Source: a virus. Taken from it: a stretch of DNA of 64,000 nt. The translations under genes and the position numbers were made by a program. Below the pieces are notes generated by a model, which saw nothing but the letters and a program-made list of their open reading frames with translations, was not told where the DNA came from and ran no database searches. Within the stretch, counting starts at the first letter, position 1, and every line of letters starts with the position of its first letter. The DNA lies in the IMG/VR virus record IMGVR_UViG_3300028840_004314, positions 1 to 64,000 of that record. One strand, given 5' to 3'. Positions 1-9,147 of the stretch are shown here, in pieces.

Positions 1-159
1 GGTGTGGACGAATCGGATCTTCGCGATATGTTGGAGATTATGCCACTACAACAGGACGTTCATCCTTCGGAAGAAGGGGATACACCTTCAGAGGTTTTTG
101 TTAACTACATCAAGTTTGCCCTGGGTGAAGGATTCTTGGATGGGGGTGGGTTCGCCTAA
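1..159 (+). CDS. 3' end of an acidic hypothetical protein (5'-truncated by the window)
   Basis: Frame 1 is open from base 1 (GVDESDLRDMLE...GGGFA) to TAA 157-159, which overlaps the next ATG (TAATG). Confidence 0.7.
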   Translation, partial: GVDESDLRDMLEIMPLQQDVHPSEEGDTPSEVFVNYIKFALGEGFLDGGGFA

Positions 160-509
160 TGATCAAAGACTTGCTACAAATCTTGTTAGAAGGCCAAGGC
201 CTATCAGAAGCCCACCGGGATCTGTTCCAGCCAGACAAAAGGGAACAGGAGGTGTACTACCTGGGTGGATTGCACATCCCTTTGGAAATAGTAATCTACT
301 GGAACAGGCCTTTGGAGGGATTGGAGAAGGATATGTTGTATCCCTTCATCCTATCCTTGGCGAGAACAGAATCGGAAGGGATCCCAAAACTAGGGGCCCC
401 ACTAATAGAAGGGATTGTAGATGCGTCGATGAATGTGGAGAGTGTTAACCCTTCGGGCGGTATCGAAGCGGTTATGGAGATTCTTATCAAGAGTGCCACC
501 AAGGAGTAG
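159..509 (+). CDS. Hypothetical protein with leader and EAHRDLF tag (putative internal head protein)
   Basis: MIKDLLQILLEGQGLSE-AHRDLFQP; shares KDMLYPFIL / KDEILYPFVL with the next ORF. Confidence 0.75.
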   Translation: MIKDLLQILLEGQGLSEAHRDLFQPDKREQEVYYLGGLHIPLEIVIYWNRPLEGLEKDMLYPFILSLARTESEGIPKLGAPLIEGIVDASMNVESVNPSGGIEAVMEILIKSATKE

Positions 510-512
510 ATT

Positions 513-1187
513 GTGAGCCAGGAACTACTACAAAAACTATTGGAAGCACATCGAGACCTCTTCAAGCCTGGACAGGTACCGGAGGACATGCACTTCTTTG
601 TACTACCCGAGGCGGAGTTCGCCTTCACGGACGGGTTGTCTCTGGTGATTGATGAGAGGGAGGAAAACAGGCGATTCTCCAAGGATGAAATACTCTACCC
701 GTTTGTACTGTATGCCAATCCACATTTTACTGGGCAAGTCCTAGTAAGAGGTTATTTTGATGATGCTGGTTTTGTTCATACTATCACCAAAATGGAGGAT
801 AAGGAGTTACTTGTCCAAGGACTGTTTGAGCAGATGACCCCCGTCGAAAGGAACGCGACGGAGGTTCCGGAGGCGGTCCAGGAGGCCCACCGGGATCTTT
901 TCAAGCGTATGTCTAAGGAAGAGGCAGACCAAATCGAGGATACGACGGAGGTTTGGTTGCAGGATAATGAGTACATGGATATGTACAAGATGGTGGACGA
1001 TGGTGAAGGGCACGCCTCCTTGTATCTTGTGGAGCATCCGAGTATGGAGGAAGAACTGATAGCCAAGTTTGAGTATGGGGGAGCAGGTGTAACGGATGTA
1101 GTGGAGATGGATCAGGTGGCTGTACTGAATGCCATCTCTGGATTTTTCACAGGTGGGGCCACCAATTACAACGAGCCACCAGTGTAG
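513..1187 (+). CDS. Acidic hypothetical protein with two EAHRDLF tags
   Basis: GTG start after AAGGAG; LLE-AHRDLFKP at 543 and VQE-AHRDLFKR at 882. Confidence 0.8.
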   Translation: MSQELLQKLLEAHRDLFKPGQVPEDMHFFVLPEAEFAFTDGLSLVIDEREENRRFSKDEILYPFVLYANPHFTGQVLVRGYFDDAGFVHTITKMEDKELLVQGLFEQMTPVERNATEVPEAVQEAHRDLFKRMSKEEADQIEDTTEVWLQDNEYMDMYKMVDDGEGHASLYLVEHPSMEEELIAKFEYGGAGVTDVVEMDQVAVLNAISGFFTGGATNYNEPPV

Positions 1188-1215
1188 CTTTTACTTCTTT
1201 TTGAAAGGGTGTACG

Positions 1216-1704
1216 ATGAAGCGAATGTTTATGTGTGCAGTATTGATTGTGCTACTGACAGGAGGTTGTGGCGAACAGATCTCAGCCGTTAGGGAGGAGA
1301 TTAGGGATCCCAACAGTCCTACCCAAAAGGTCGTTGAGGACATCAACAAGATCGGGGAGACGATTGAGCCTATTGTGAAGATCGTCGAGAAGACTCCTTG
1401 GGGAGCCCCCGTGTCCCTGGTTTTTAATGGTGTGATGGGTGCCGTGGCCTTCTTGTATCAGCAGAGACGCAAAAAGGAACGCAAGGCATTACAGGGAACT
1501 GTGGCATCGTTACAGGTTCTTAAGTCCAGTTTGGCAGCCGCGAGTCCTACCAAGAATTTGATTAAGGAAGCGTGTAACGTCATTCAGGACGCGGAGATCC
1601 AGGCGGAGGTTGCGAAACTCCGGGCCGACCCCACCACTAAGATATTGGTGGACAATGCCCTGGCGGACATGGCGATTGCGACCAAAACGCCGACTACACA
1701 GTAG
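1216..1704 (+). CDS. Putative lipoprotein/membrane protein
   Basis: MKR plus hydrophobic stretch plus LTGG-C lipobox-like site; second hydrophobic segment followed by QRRKK. Confidence 0.7.
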   Translation: MKRMFMCAVLIVLLTGGCGEQISAVREEIRDPNSPTQKVVEDINKIGETIEPIVKIVEKTPWGAPVSLVFNGVMGAVAFLYQQRRKKERKALQGTVASLQVLKSSLAAASPTKNLIKEACNVIQDAEIQAEVAKLRADPTTKILVDNALADMAIATKTPTTQ

Positions 1705-1725
1705 AATACTTTTCTTTTCTTGGCA

Positions 1726-1762
1726 GGGTGGTCCGCAGGGTGTGGGCGGGCCACCCAGTTTT
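1726..1762 (+). terminator. Putative intrinsic terminator
   Basis: 11-bp stem GGGTGGTCCGC/GCGGGCCACCC with one G-U pair, then AGTTTT. Confidence 0.5.
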
Positions 1763-1786
1763 CCTTGGGTGATGGGAGTAACAACC

Positions 1787-2077
1787 ATGTTGAAGTTTTC
1801 ATTAGAAGGTAACTTGAATAATCCCGCCGATCAGGTGGCCCTTAAGATGGCTCTGCACGGTGAGGACTTTTGTAGTATTGTACATTCACTGTCTCTGGAG
1901 TTACACTCCTTGGCGAATCCCCCTGGAGGAGTGTTTCCCGCGGAGATGCCAAAGGATCCGGAGGAGGCTTACTTGTTCGCCCTCCGAAAGGTATCCGAGT
2001 CTCTTTTCGAGGACATTGAGATCCACGGAGTGAATCCGGATTGGTGTGAGATGTGTCCTGAGGATACAGATGCTTAA
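1787..2077 (+). CDS. Hypothetical protein
   Basis: ATG after GGGAG; overlaps the next start. Confidence 0.6.
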   Translation: MLKFSLEGNLNNPADQVALKMALHGEDFCSIVHSLSLELHSLANPPGGVFPAEMPKDPEEAYLFALRKVSESLFEDIEIHGVNPDWCEMCPEDTDA

Positions 2078-2711
2078 CGAAATCTATGACACTTTGACAG
2101 AAGCCCACAGGGATCTCTTCAAACCTTGGGATTTGGACGACTGGATCTCCGATCAGATGAAGGAGACAGGAGCCAAGTGGAGGCTGAACGTCCGTGGTAA
2201 CAAGTGGGTCGTAGAGGGTGATGTAGTAATACCCATCGCCACGGAAATGACACAATTACCAGTGTCCTTTGTGTCCGTGTCTGGGAACTTCATCGCAGAG
2301 GATGTATCCCTAACTACACTGAAGGGATGTCCATCCGTGGTAGGTGGTAGCTTCAATGTATCCCACAATCCACTACAAACCTTGGAGTTTGGTCCATACA
2401 TAGTACACGGGAATTACATGGCGATGGATTGTGACATTGTGGACCTGCGTTGTGGCGAGACTGTGTGTGTCGGCGATTTCTCCGTGATGTACAACAGGAT
2501 TACAACGCTGTATGGTATGCCCAAGTACGTTGGTGGGGATTTGATTGTAGCACACAACCGGTTGGAGAACCTAGGAAACACAGCTGCAGTTGTTGTAGAA
2601 GGTAAGATTTACTACTTTCCACAGAGTTCCAAAACAACGGCCTTGGGTTCGGATTGGTGGGAGTCTACTTTCGAGGGTGATAGGGAAAAAAGAATGTCAG
2701 AATGGGAGTAA
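2070..2711 (+). CDS. Phage LRR-like repeat protein with leader and EAHRDLF tag
   Basis: MLNEIYDTLTE-AHRDLFKP; ~22-aa repeats LxTLxGxPxxVGGxFxxxxN. Confidence 0.8.
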   Translation: MLNEIYDTLTEAHRDLFKPWDLDDWISDQMKETGAKWRLNVRGNKWVVEGDVVIPIATEMTQLPVSFVSVSGNFIAEDVSLTTLKGCPSVVGGSFNVSHNPLQTLEFGPYIVHGNYMAMDCDIVDLRCGETVCVGDFSVMYNRITTLYGMPKYVGGDLIVAHNRLENLGNTAAVVVEGKIYYFPQSSKTTALGSDWWESTFEGDREKRMSEWE

Positions 2712-2714
2712 ATC

Positions 2715-3128
2715 ATGACGGTCAGTAGGGAAAGTGTAATCAACTATGTGATGACGGGACAGAAGCCGGAAGAGTCTGGTGTCCCTGACAATAATCTGCA
2801 GGAACACAACATGCAGGATTCCTTGCCTAACATTCCTCCTTCAGATAGGGGACCAGGTGGGCCTAAATCGTCGAGCGATGCCTGGTCCCCAGTTTTTGAA
2901 ACCACATTGGAGGCCATCCTGGAGTATGTACAGACACACGGACGTCGATGTAACTACAAGATGATTGAACGGATGGCGTCCAAGGCTCTGGGGAAGAAGA
3001 GTGACATGGAGGAGAAAGTCCAGGAGGTTATGGAGCCGAAGACCACCCCTAGTGCAACGGAAACCAAACAAACCATGTCCGAGAATGTGGTGGATCACCT
3101 GGACACCCTGTTGAAGGCCTTGTCGTAA
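2715..3128 (+). CDS. Hypothetical protein
   Basis: ORF with GGAG RBS, coupled to the next gene. Confidence 0.65.
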   Translation: MTVSRESVINYVMTGQKPEESGVPDNNLQEHNMQDSLPNIPPSDRGPGGPKSSSDAWSPVFETTLEAILEYVQTHGRRCNYKMIERMASKALGKKSDMEEKVQEVMEPKTTPSATETKQTMSENVVDHLDTLLKALS

Positions 3129-3856
3129 TGAGCGATCTGTTGACCACATTATTGGAAGCCCATTCAGACCTTTTCCAGCCAATGCCGGAGAAGGAATGGA
3201 TCGAACTTCTTCTTGAACAGGATGGGTGGACTAGGAACAAGGATGGAACTATCTCTGTAGACGGAGATGTGAATTTATCCAGTTGGGATTTCATTAGAAT
3301 TCCTATGAAGTTCAAGGAGGTTACGGGTAGTTTCAATGTGGCGAGCAACAGTTTGGAAACCTTGGAGGGATGTCCAAAAGTGGTTGGTGGATCCTTCATA
3401 TGTTCGTACAATATGTTGGATGACTTGAAGGGAGGGCCACAGGCGGTTGGGCTTCACTACAAGTGTGACAACGCTATGTTGACTTCCTTGGATGGGTCTC
3501 CATCTCGTATAATTGGTGGCTTTGATTGTCGTTTCAACAATTTGGAAACCCTGGAAGGTGGTCCGGATTATGTGGAGGCGGATTTTCTTTGTGCCTCCAA
3601 TCAACTCACCAATTTGGAGGGAGGACCACTGGAGGTGGGTGGGTCTTTGGATGTGAATGATAACGAACTGACCAGTTTGGAAGGGGCCCCGAGACGTATT
3701 GGACGGTATGTGTATCTTCGAAATAACAAATTGACCTCCTTGGAAGGCCTACCAGCGGAGGTGTATCCGAGCCAGTTCAAGAGTTTGAACTACAATCCAG
3801 CGTCTCGGGAAGAGTTACTATCAACTATTGGATTTGACAATGAACACGCAGATTGA
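3128..3856 (+). CDS. Phage LRR-like repeat protein with leader and EAHSDLF tag
   Basis: MSDLLTTLLE-AHSDLFQPMPEKE; about seven LxSLEGxPxxVGGxFxCxxN repeats. Confidence 0.85.
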   Translation: MSDLLTTLLEAHSDLFQPMPEKEWIELLLEQDGWTRNKDGTISVDGDVNLSSWDFIRIPMKFKEVTGSFNVASNSLETLEGCPKVVGGSFICSYNMLDDLKGGPQAVGLHYKCDNAMLTSLDGSPSRIIGGFDCRFNNLETLEGGPDYVEADFLCASNQLTNLEGGPLEVGGSLDVNDNELTSLEGAPRRIGRYVYLRNNKLTSLEGLPAEVYPSQFKSLNYNPASREELLSTIGFDNEHAD

Positions 3857-4211
3857 ACTAGTACAAAGAGTGTGCGAAGCTGAAGGAAGATTTAACAACA
3901 CATCCTACGAGTCAACTGTACGGCAGGCGTCGGAGTGTTTGAACAAGAAGCAGTATGGACGTTGTGTAGAACTGTTAAGCACTCTACCTACCAACAAAGA
4001 ACTGTTACAACAACTGATAGAAAACCTCAAGGGCAAGTCAGTGTACAGTACACTAAAGAAGTTGGAAAAAGGTCGGATTGATAACAAATATCAGAAACTA
4101 AAAGCCTTGTCATCCCTGTTAACACATACTATAATAGAATGTGAGAAGGGTAATTTTCATTACCGTCCATTGATCATTTATCTGTATGAAAGAATAGGAG
4201 CCGCCATGTAA
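3840..4211 (+). CDS. Hypothetical helical protein
   Basis: Leader-like MNTQIELVQRVCE-A; coupled ORF. Confidence 0.65.
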   Translation: MNTQIELVQRVCEAEGRFNNTSYESTVRQASECLNKKQYGRCVELLSTLPTNKELLQQLIENLKGKSVYSTLKKLEKGRIDNKYQKLKALSSLLTHTIIECEKGNFHYRPLIIYLYERIGAAM

Positions 4212-4525
4212 TGAAAGATTTGTTGGATAATCTGTTGGAGGCCCACAGGGATGTATTCTCTCCTGAAAACCTTCCCCCCGAGGAACAGGACAAGTGGGAG
4301 AAGGATCAAGTCATGTCTAACTGGGAGCCGGAGGATATTGATACCTTGGCTCGTGGTGTTTTGAATCAGATGCGTAGGGCCATGGAAGCGGTGATGAAGG
4401 AAAAGTGGGACGAGGCCGTACGGTTGTATCCACAACAAGTACTGTCAGCTATCGCCCTTACCCTGGATGAACGTGGATGGGATATAGCTCCACCCGACAA
4501 CATAGAGGACTACCTGGACGTTTAG
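4211..4525 (+). CDS. Small acidic protein with leader and EAHRDVF tag
   Basis: MKDLLDNLLE-AHRDVFSP. Confidence 0.8.
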   Translation: MKDLLDNLLEAHRDVFSPENLPPEEQDKWEKDQVMSNWEPEDIDTLARGVLNQMRRAMEAVMKEKWDEAVRLYPQQVLSAIALTLDERGWDIAPPDNIEDYLDV

Positions 4526-4526
4526 T

Positions 4527-5873
4527 ATGCTAGATCTACCCTTTACAGACATATGGGAACAAGCCGCCCCCGCCGCCCCTACGAGGCCGACGGAGGTACC
4601 TGTCACTCCGCGGACGCCCAGGAAACGTCCTCCCAGTCCTATTAAGCCAGTACCTCGTAAACGTCCCAAGCCCAAAGGGGAGAACCGGGACGTAGAGCTG
4701 TTTAAGCGGAGTCGGGAAAACAAGGCCCCGGCGGTGGAGAACTCCTTACTCGGTCGCCTGCGTTCCATCATGGAGATGGCGTTTGATCCTGGAAGGTTTC
4801 CTGACTTTGTTGATCCTGGCAAGCGTGATTGGATCGAGACCGGGGACGAGGAGTTGGACAAGATCCTTCCCAACCTCACCAACACCGAGCAGACCTACTT
4901 GGAGATGGTTACCAGTGACAGTTATCAGAGGATAGTTTCCAGGTTGGAACAATACACTGGTCTGGAAGCGGACGAATTACAGTTACCCTCTGTGTTTAGT
5001 TTGTGTGCTCAAACCATGGAGAAGACTACGGAGTTGGAGAAGGCTCACCAAAGGGAGTTGGAAGACGTAGCCCTGGAGCTTGTACTAGGATTGGATGAAT
5101 ACAAAATCGTTCATGAAGCCTGGTTGAATGGTGAGGTGGAGTTTGACGTTCGCTTCAGTGAGTATGGTATGGAGTTGCCAGAGGGAGGTCCACAGGAACA
5201 GGACCAGGAACTCACCGACGAGGAAGAGATGAACGTGGATCTTACGGATGAGTTGGAAGATCTGGATGATGAGGGTCTGAAGAGAAGGGTGGCCAACATT
5301 CTTACTCAGGGCAGTGCCAGTAACAAGTTGTACTTGTTTAACATGGTGATGGACACTATCAAGAAGATGGATGAGGATCTTCCCCAGTTGTATGGTGTAA
5401 TCGCCGTGTGTGCCCAGCTAGGGTACTTCGTAGTGCCCTTCGGTTATGAGGAGATGGCCAAAGACAATACAATGATAGGGACGGAAGAAGTTACACCTAA
5501 GGATGACAATTATGTAATCAAGGCCCGTGGGGCCTTTTTCCCATTGTTGGTCAGTGAGTTGGTGAAAGGAATAGAGGAGTGGATCTCAATCCGTGAAACC
5601 ACTGGCCAACACGAAGAACAAGACACCCTGGAGAAGGAAACTCAGGATCTTATTGTAGGACCTGAGGTGTACAACAAGGTGGCTTCCATGGTTCCCACCG
5701 AGGACAGGGAACTACTTCCTTTGATTCGGAAGTATCTGTTGGATTTGGACGTGGAGGATATCCGAGACCTTTTGGGTGGTGACGAACAAATCATGAAGGA
5801 ACTTATTCAACGGGCCAGGGAGGCCTGGGACGCGTATGTCGATCAAAAAGAAGAATTGGAAGAACCTAACTAA
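4527..5873 (+). CDS. Large acidic hypothetical protein (putative internal head protein)
   Basis: 448 aa; Pro/Arg/Lys-rich N-terminal linker with IWE and IME candidate cleavage sites. Confidence 0.75.
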   Translation: MLDLPFTDIWEQAAPAAPTRPTEVPVTPRTPRKRPPSPIKPVPRKRPKPKGENRDVELFKRSRENKAPAVENSLLGRLRSIMEMAFDPGRFPDFVDPGKRDWIETGDEELDKILPNLTNTEQTYLEMVTSDSYQRIVSRLEQYTGLEADELQLPSVFSLCAQTMEKTTELEKAHQRELEDVALELVLGLDEYKIVHEAWLNGEVEFDVRFSEYGMELPEGGPQEQDQELTDEEEMNVDLTDELEDLDDEGLKRRVANILTQGSASNKLYLFNMVMDTIKKMDEDLPQLYGVIAVCAQLGYFVVPFGYEEMAKDNTMIGTEEVTPKDDNYVIKARGAFFPLLVSELVKGIEEWISIRETTGQHEEQDTLEKETQDLIVGPEVYNKVASMVPTEDRELLPLIRKYLLDLDVEDIRDLLGGDEQIMKELIQRAREAWDAYVDQKEELEEPN

Positions 5874-5888
5874 TTGGGAGCTTTAATC

Positions 5889-6518
5889 ATGTCGGATTTT
5901 AAAGATGCCGTTGAATTCATGACAGATGAAATTGAGAATCAGGCCAAACTCCTGGAGGACTCCAAGTTGAATGAGTCCGAGGACAAACCCAAGGACAAGG
6001 AAGTGGACGAGAAGAAGAAGGCTCCCAAGTGCAAGAAGTGTGGTGCCACCCACTGGCCGTTCCAGAAATGTGGGGCCAAGAAGAAGGGCAAGGACGACAA
6101 GAAGGAAGAGAAGCCCAAGAAGAAGTCCAAGAAGGACATGGAAGAGCGTCGGGCCGCCTGGAAGAAACGTCTGGCCGAGCGTCGTCGCAGGATCAAGGAG
6201 GAGGCCATGGACTCCGAGGACGACTATGTCGAGCCCACGGATGAAAAGAAGGAATGTGACGAGGAGAAACTTCCCTGTGGGTGTATGGGAAAGTGCACCT
6301 GCGAAGAGAAAAAGGAGTGTGACGAGAGCAAGGTCAACGAGGAAGCCGACTCCAAGGAGAAGCAACGCAACGAGAAGCTTCTGAAGGGCGAGATCGTTTA
6401 TGAGGAGTTCGTCAAGGGCTGCTTAGGTGGCCTGGCGGAAGTCTCCATCGTTGAAGGGGCCCTCGTACTGAAGAACGACCATGGAAAGGAAGTGAAGTTC
6501 GATCTTCCAAAGGAGTAG
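5889..6518 (+). CDS. Lys/Glu-rich low-complexity protein with Cys clusters (prohead-core-like)
   Basis: Highly charged; CKKC..H....C and CGCMGKCTC; LLE/LNE/IKE/VNE sites; C/G-ending codon bias like the capsid gene. Confidence 0.7.
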   Translation: MSDFKDAVEFMTDEIENQAKLLEDSKLNESEDKPKDKEVDEKKKAPKCKKCGATHWPFQKCGAKKKGKDDKKEEKPKKKSKKDMEERRAAWKKRLAERRRRIKEEAMDSEDDYVEPTDEKKECDEEKLPCGCMGKCTCEEKKECDESKVNEEADSKEKQRNEKLLKGEIVYEEFVKGCLGGLAEVSIVEGALVLKNDHGKEVKFDLPKE

Positions 6519-6575
6519 GAGACACACGTTCGGTAGTACAACCTTTTACAATCACCATGACAGGAGTGTAAAATC

Positions 6576-6950
6576 ATGGCTTTAGCAAATACAATGGTGA
6601 CATACCAGTCCGCCGGAAGTGATCCTGGTGTAATCAAGCAGGCCTACGTTCCGTTGGAATCTGGGGCTACCACCTACACAATTGTGGAGGCAGTGACAGG
6701 GGCCCAGATTCAGGTTCTGTCCATCGCCATTGATACTAACGTGGCCTCCAAGGCGGAGTTTAAATCCCAGGCGGACGTCATCGCTTCGTTCACCATGCAA
6801 CAGAACACCAATGTGTGGAAACACTCCGACAACTCGGAGCGTCCTTTGTTCTGTACGAACACGGGAAACGCCTTACTGCTCACCATGTCAGGGGCCGTCA
6901 ACGCGGGAGGCGTGTATGTACAATGGAGGGAACGTACGCCCACCTCGTAG
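6576..6950 (+). CDS. Small beta-rich virion-type protein
   Basis: AGGAG RBS; beta-strand-rich 124 aa. Confidence 0.7.
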   Translation: MALANTMVTYQSAGSDPGVIKQAYVPLESGATTYTIVEAVTGAQIQVLSIAIDTNVASKAEFKSQADVIASFTMQQNTNVWKHSDNSERPLFCTNTGNALLLTMSGAVNAGGVYVQWRERTPTS

Positions 6951-6999
6951 TTGATCTTTTAGTCATTCTATTACCGTGGGTCATTTTTTGGAGCGCATC

Positions 7000-9147
7000 A
7001 TGCGGAAAGACATTGTAGATATCCTAGTCGATGGTGGAGTTAAGTTGGTTCATGAATCCGCCCATCACATTACAAAGGTTCACCGTACAAAGGTGAACGA
7101 ACAGGGTGTGGATGAAGAGCCATTGAAGCTCCCCGCCTCCGAGGACGTTCCCATGGGAGACGATATCCCTACTGATGAGGAGGTACCTCCAACGGGTGGT
7201 ATACCTGAGGAGGAGAAAGAGCAGGAGCCAGTTAGCAAACGATACCTCGGAAAGGCCGGGGACAACTACCTGTACTTCGTTACGAAACAGAACGACGGGG
7301 ATCAGGTGGAAGATATGCAGATACTGAATCAGGATGAGGAAGTAGTGTACAGTGCGGCCGACGCCGACGAGGATTTCTCCAACTTTGACGAGTTTCTCTT
7401 GCATGCCATTCACAACACCGAGATGGACGACGTCGCCAAGGACGTGTACGACGAGTTCATCTATCCGAAGTTGGTTGAACCCGAGATGCCCGAGGACGCT
7501 CTGGCTATGGGCGATGAAGAGGAGGGGCCGATGGATGATGCGGGTCCTGGTCCCTCCAGGTCCAGGAAACCTTCCAGGTTGGGTCCGATCGGTAAAAAGG
7601 GCCCCTTAAGCGGACCTAAGGGTGGACCAGAGGGTGGACCGGAGGAGGGCCCCTCCTTAGGTGGGCCTAAATCCCCGACACCACCCATGAAGGATGAAGA
7701 GGGTCCCGAGGGTGGGCCGAGAAGTCCGGAGAAGCCACCTGTGCCCGAGCCTGAAATGGACGAGCCTCCAATTGGTGAGCCCGAGCCCGAGGAGAAACCT
7801 CGTCGTCGGCCTCGTAGACGTCCTCCGACTTCACCAAAGTCCTTTGGACCGGACCTTCGTCCCAGGGAGTCCAGGAGACGTGGTCGAAGAGTGAAGGAGG
7901 CCCATCGTGATTCATTTGAACCAGACGAGATCGAACTTCCTCAGGCGCTTCACCAGGCCATTATGAGCCTTCGGAACGATCCGGAGTTACAGGCTGTCGG
8001 TATTGGTGATACAGCCACGGATGAGGGTATTTCCATGTCAGTGGAGTACCTTCTTCAAAATGGATTACAGTCCATGGATTCTTTGTTGGACAACACAGGA
8101 GGAGATCCCTATAATCTTCTTCCCACGGAGGACGAGGCTGATAACATGGAACCCGAAAGTTGGGATCCCATGCAGTTTGCCTCTGTGCAGAAGGGCGTGA
8201 AGAAGATCACTCAAACAGTGTACAAAGCCTTGGAGGACTCTTGGGACGAGTTGCAGCAATATGATCCTCAGACGGTGGGTGTAGAGGTGTACGACATACT
8301 CCATACGTCTGATGATTCGGAGTACGACGACGAGGAGGATGGGGATTGGACCCAGGAGAATGAACGCCGGAAAAAGATGAACGAGATCTTTTATGGTAAG
8401 CAGGACGAAGGTCCAACCCTTTCGGATATGCCCAAACCCTTGGTGGATGCCCTGAAAAAGATCAAGTCGGATCCGGAGCTTCAGACGTTGGGTGTAGGTG
8501 ATACTGCCACGGACGAAGGTATTTTCCATGCCATCGCCTACATTTTTGAAGAGGGGTTGGACGGTTTCAATACATTACTCCAAACGGAGTCCGGTGAGTT
8601 GATGGATCCGTATAACCTTCTTCCGACTGAGCAGGAGGCCAAGGATGCCGAGCTGTCCGATTACGATCCTACAAGGTATCCTTCTGTACAGAAAGGAATG
8701 AAGAAGATAACACAGATGTTGCAGGCAGGTTTGGAGAAGAGCTGGAGTGGGTTGGAGACCTCCGGGTTGGATGGTAATGAAATACTCCACGTTCTGTACA
8801 GTTGGTTTCACTTTGGAAGTGAAGAGGACGACGAGGAGGAGGCCGCTCCGGAGTTTGAAAGTAGGAAACGTCCTACTAAGGAGAGTCGTGTAAACGAGGA
8901 GCGTTACACATATTCCGGACCCACTGGTGACAACCACTACTTCCTGGACTTCAACGACGCCGAAGAGGAAATGATGGTGACGGATGACAAGGGCAACTCC
9001 TTGATCTCGGGCACTTATGGAACGAAGGGAGAGACGTATACGATCCAGAGTCCCCACGCTGTGGCCAAGTTGGTGTTGGATTTGTTCCAAGAGGAGGACG
9101 AGAAGGTATCAGCCGGATGGAGACTTATGAAGAGGCGGGTATGTTGA
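7000..9147 (+). CDS. Multi-domain acidic protein (putative polyprotein) with an internal ~164-aa duplication and an EAHRDSF tag
   Basis: Two copies of DPELQxxGxGDTATDEGI...DPYNLLPTE...SVQKGxKKITQ; basic linkers ending VKE, MNE, VNE. Confidence 0.8.
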   Translation: MRKDIVDILVDGGVKLVHESAHHITKVHRTKVNEQGVDEEPLKLPASEDVPMGDDIPTDEEVPPTGGIPEEEKEQEPVSKRYLGKAGDNYLYFVTKQNDGDQVEDMQILNQDEEVVYSAADADEDFSNFDEFLLHAIHNTEMDDVAKDVYDEFIYPKLVEPEMPEDALAMGDEEEGPMDDAGPGPSRSRKPSRLGPIGKKGPLSGPKGGPEGGPEEGPSLGGPKSPTPPMKDEEGPEGGPRSPEKPPVPEPEMDEPPIGEPEPEEKPRRRPRRRPPTSPKSFGPDLRPRESRRRGRRVKEAHRDSFEPDEIELPQALHQAIMSLRNDPELQAVGIGDTATDEGISMSVEYLLQNGLQSMDSLLDNTGGDPYNLLPTEDEADNMEPESWDPMQFASVQKGVKKITQTVYKALEDSWDELQQYDPQTVGVEVYDILHTSDDSEYDDEEDGDWTQENERRKKMNEIFYGKQDEGPTLSDMPKPLVDALKKIKSDPELQTLGVGDTATDEGIFHAIAYIFEEGLDGFNTLLQTESGELMDPYNLLPTEQEAKDAELSDYDPTRYPSVQKGMKKITQMLQAGLEKSWSGLETSGLDGNEILHVLYSWFHFGSEEDDEEEAAPEFESRKRPTKESRVNEERYTYSGPTGDNHYFLDFNDAEEEMMVTDDKGNSLISGTYGTKGETYTIQSPHAVAKLVLDLFQEEDEKVSAGWRLMKRRVC

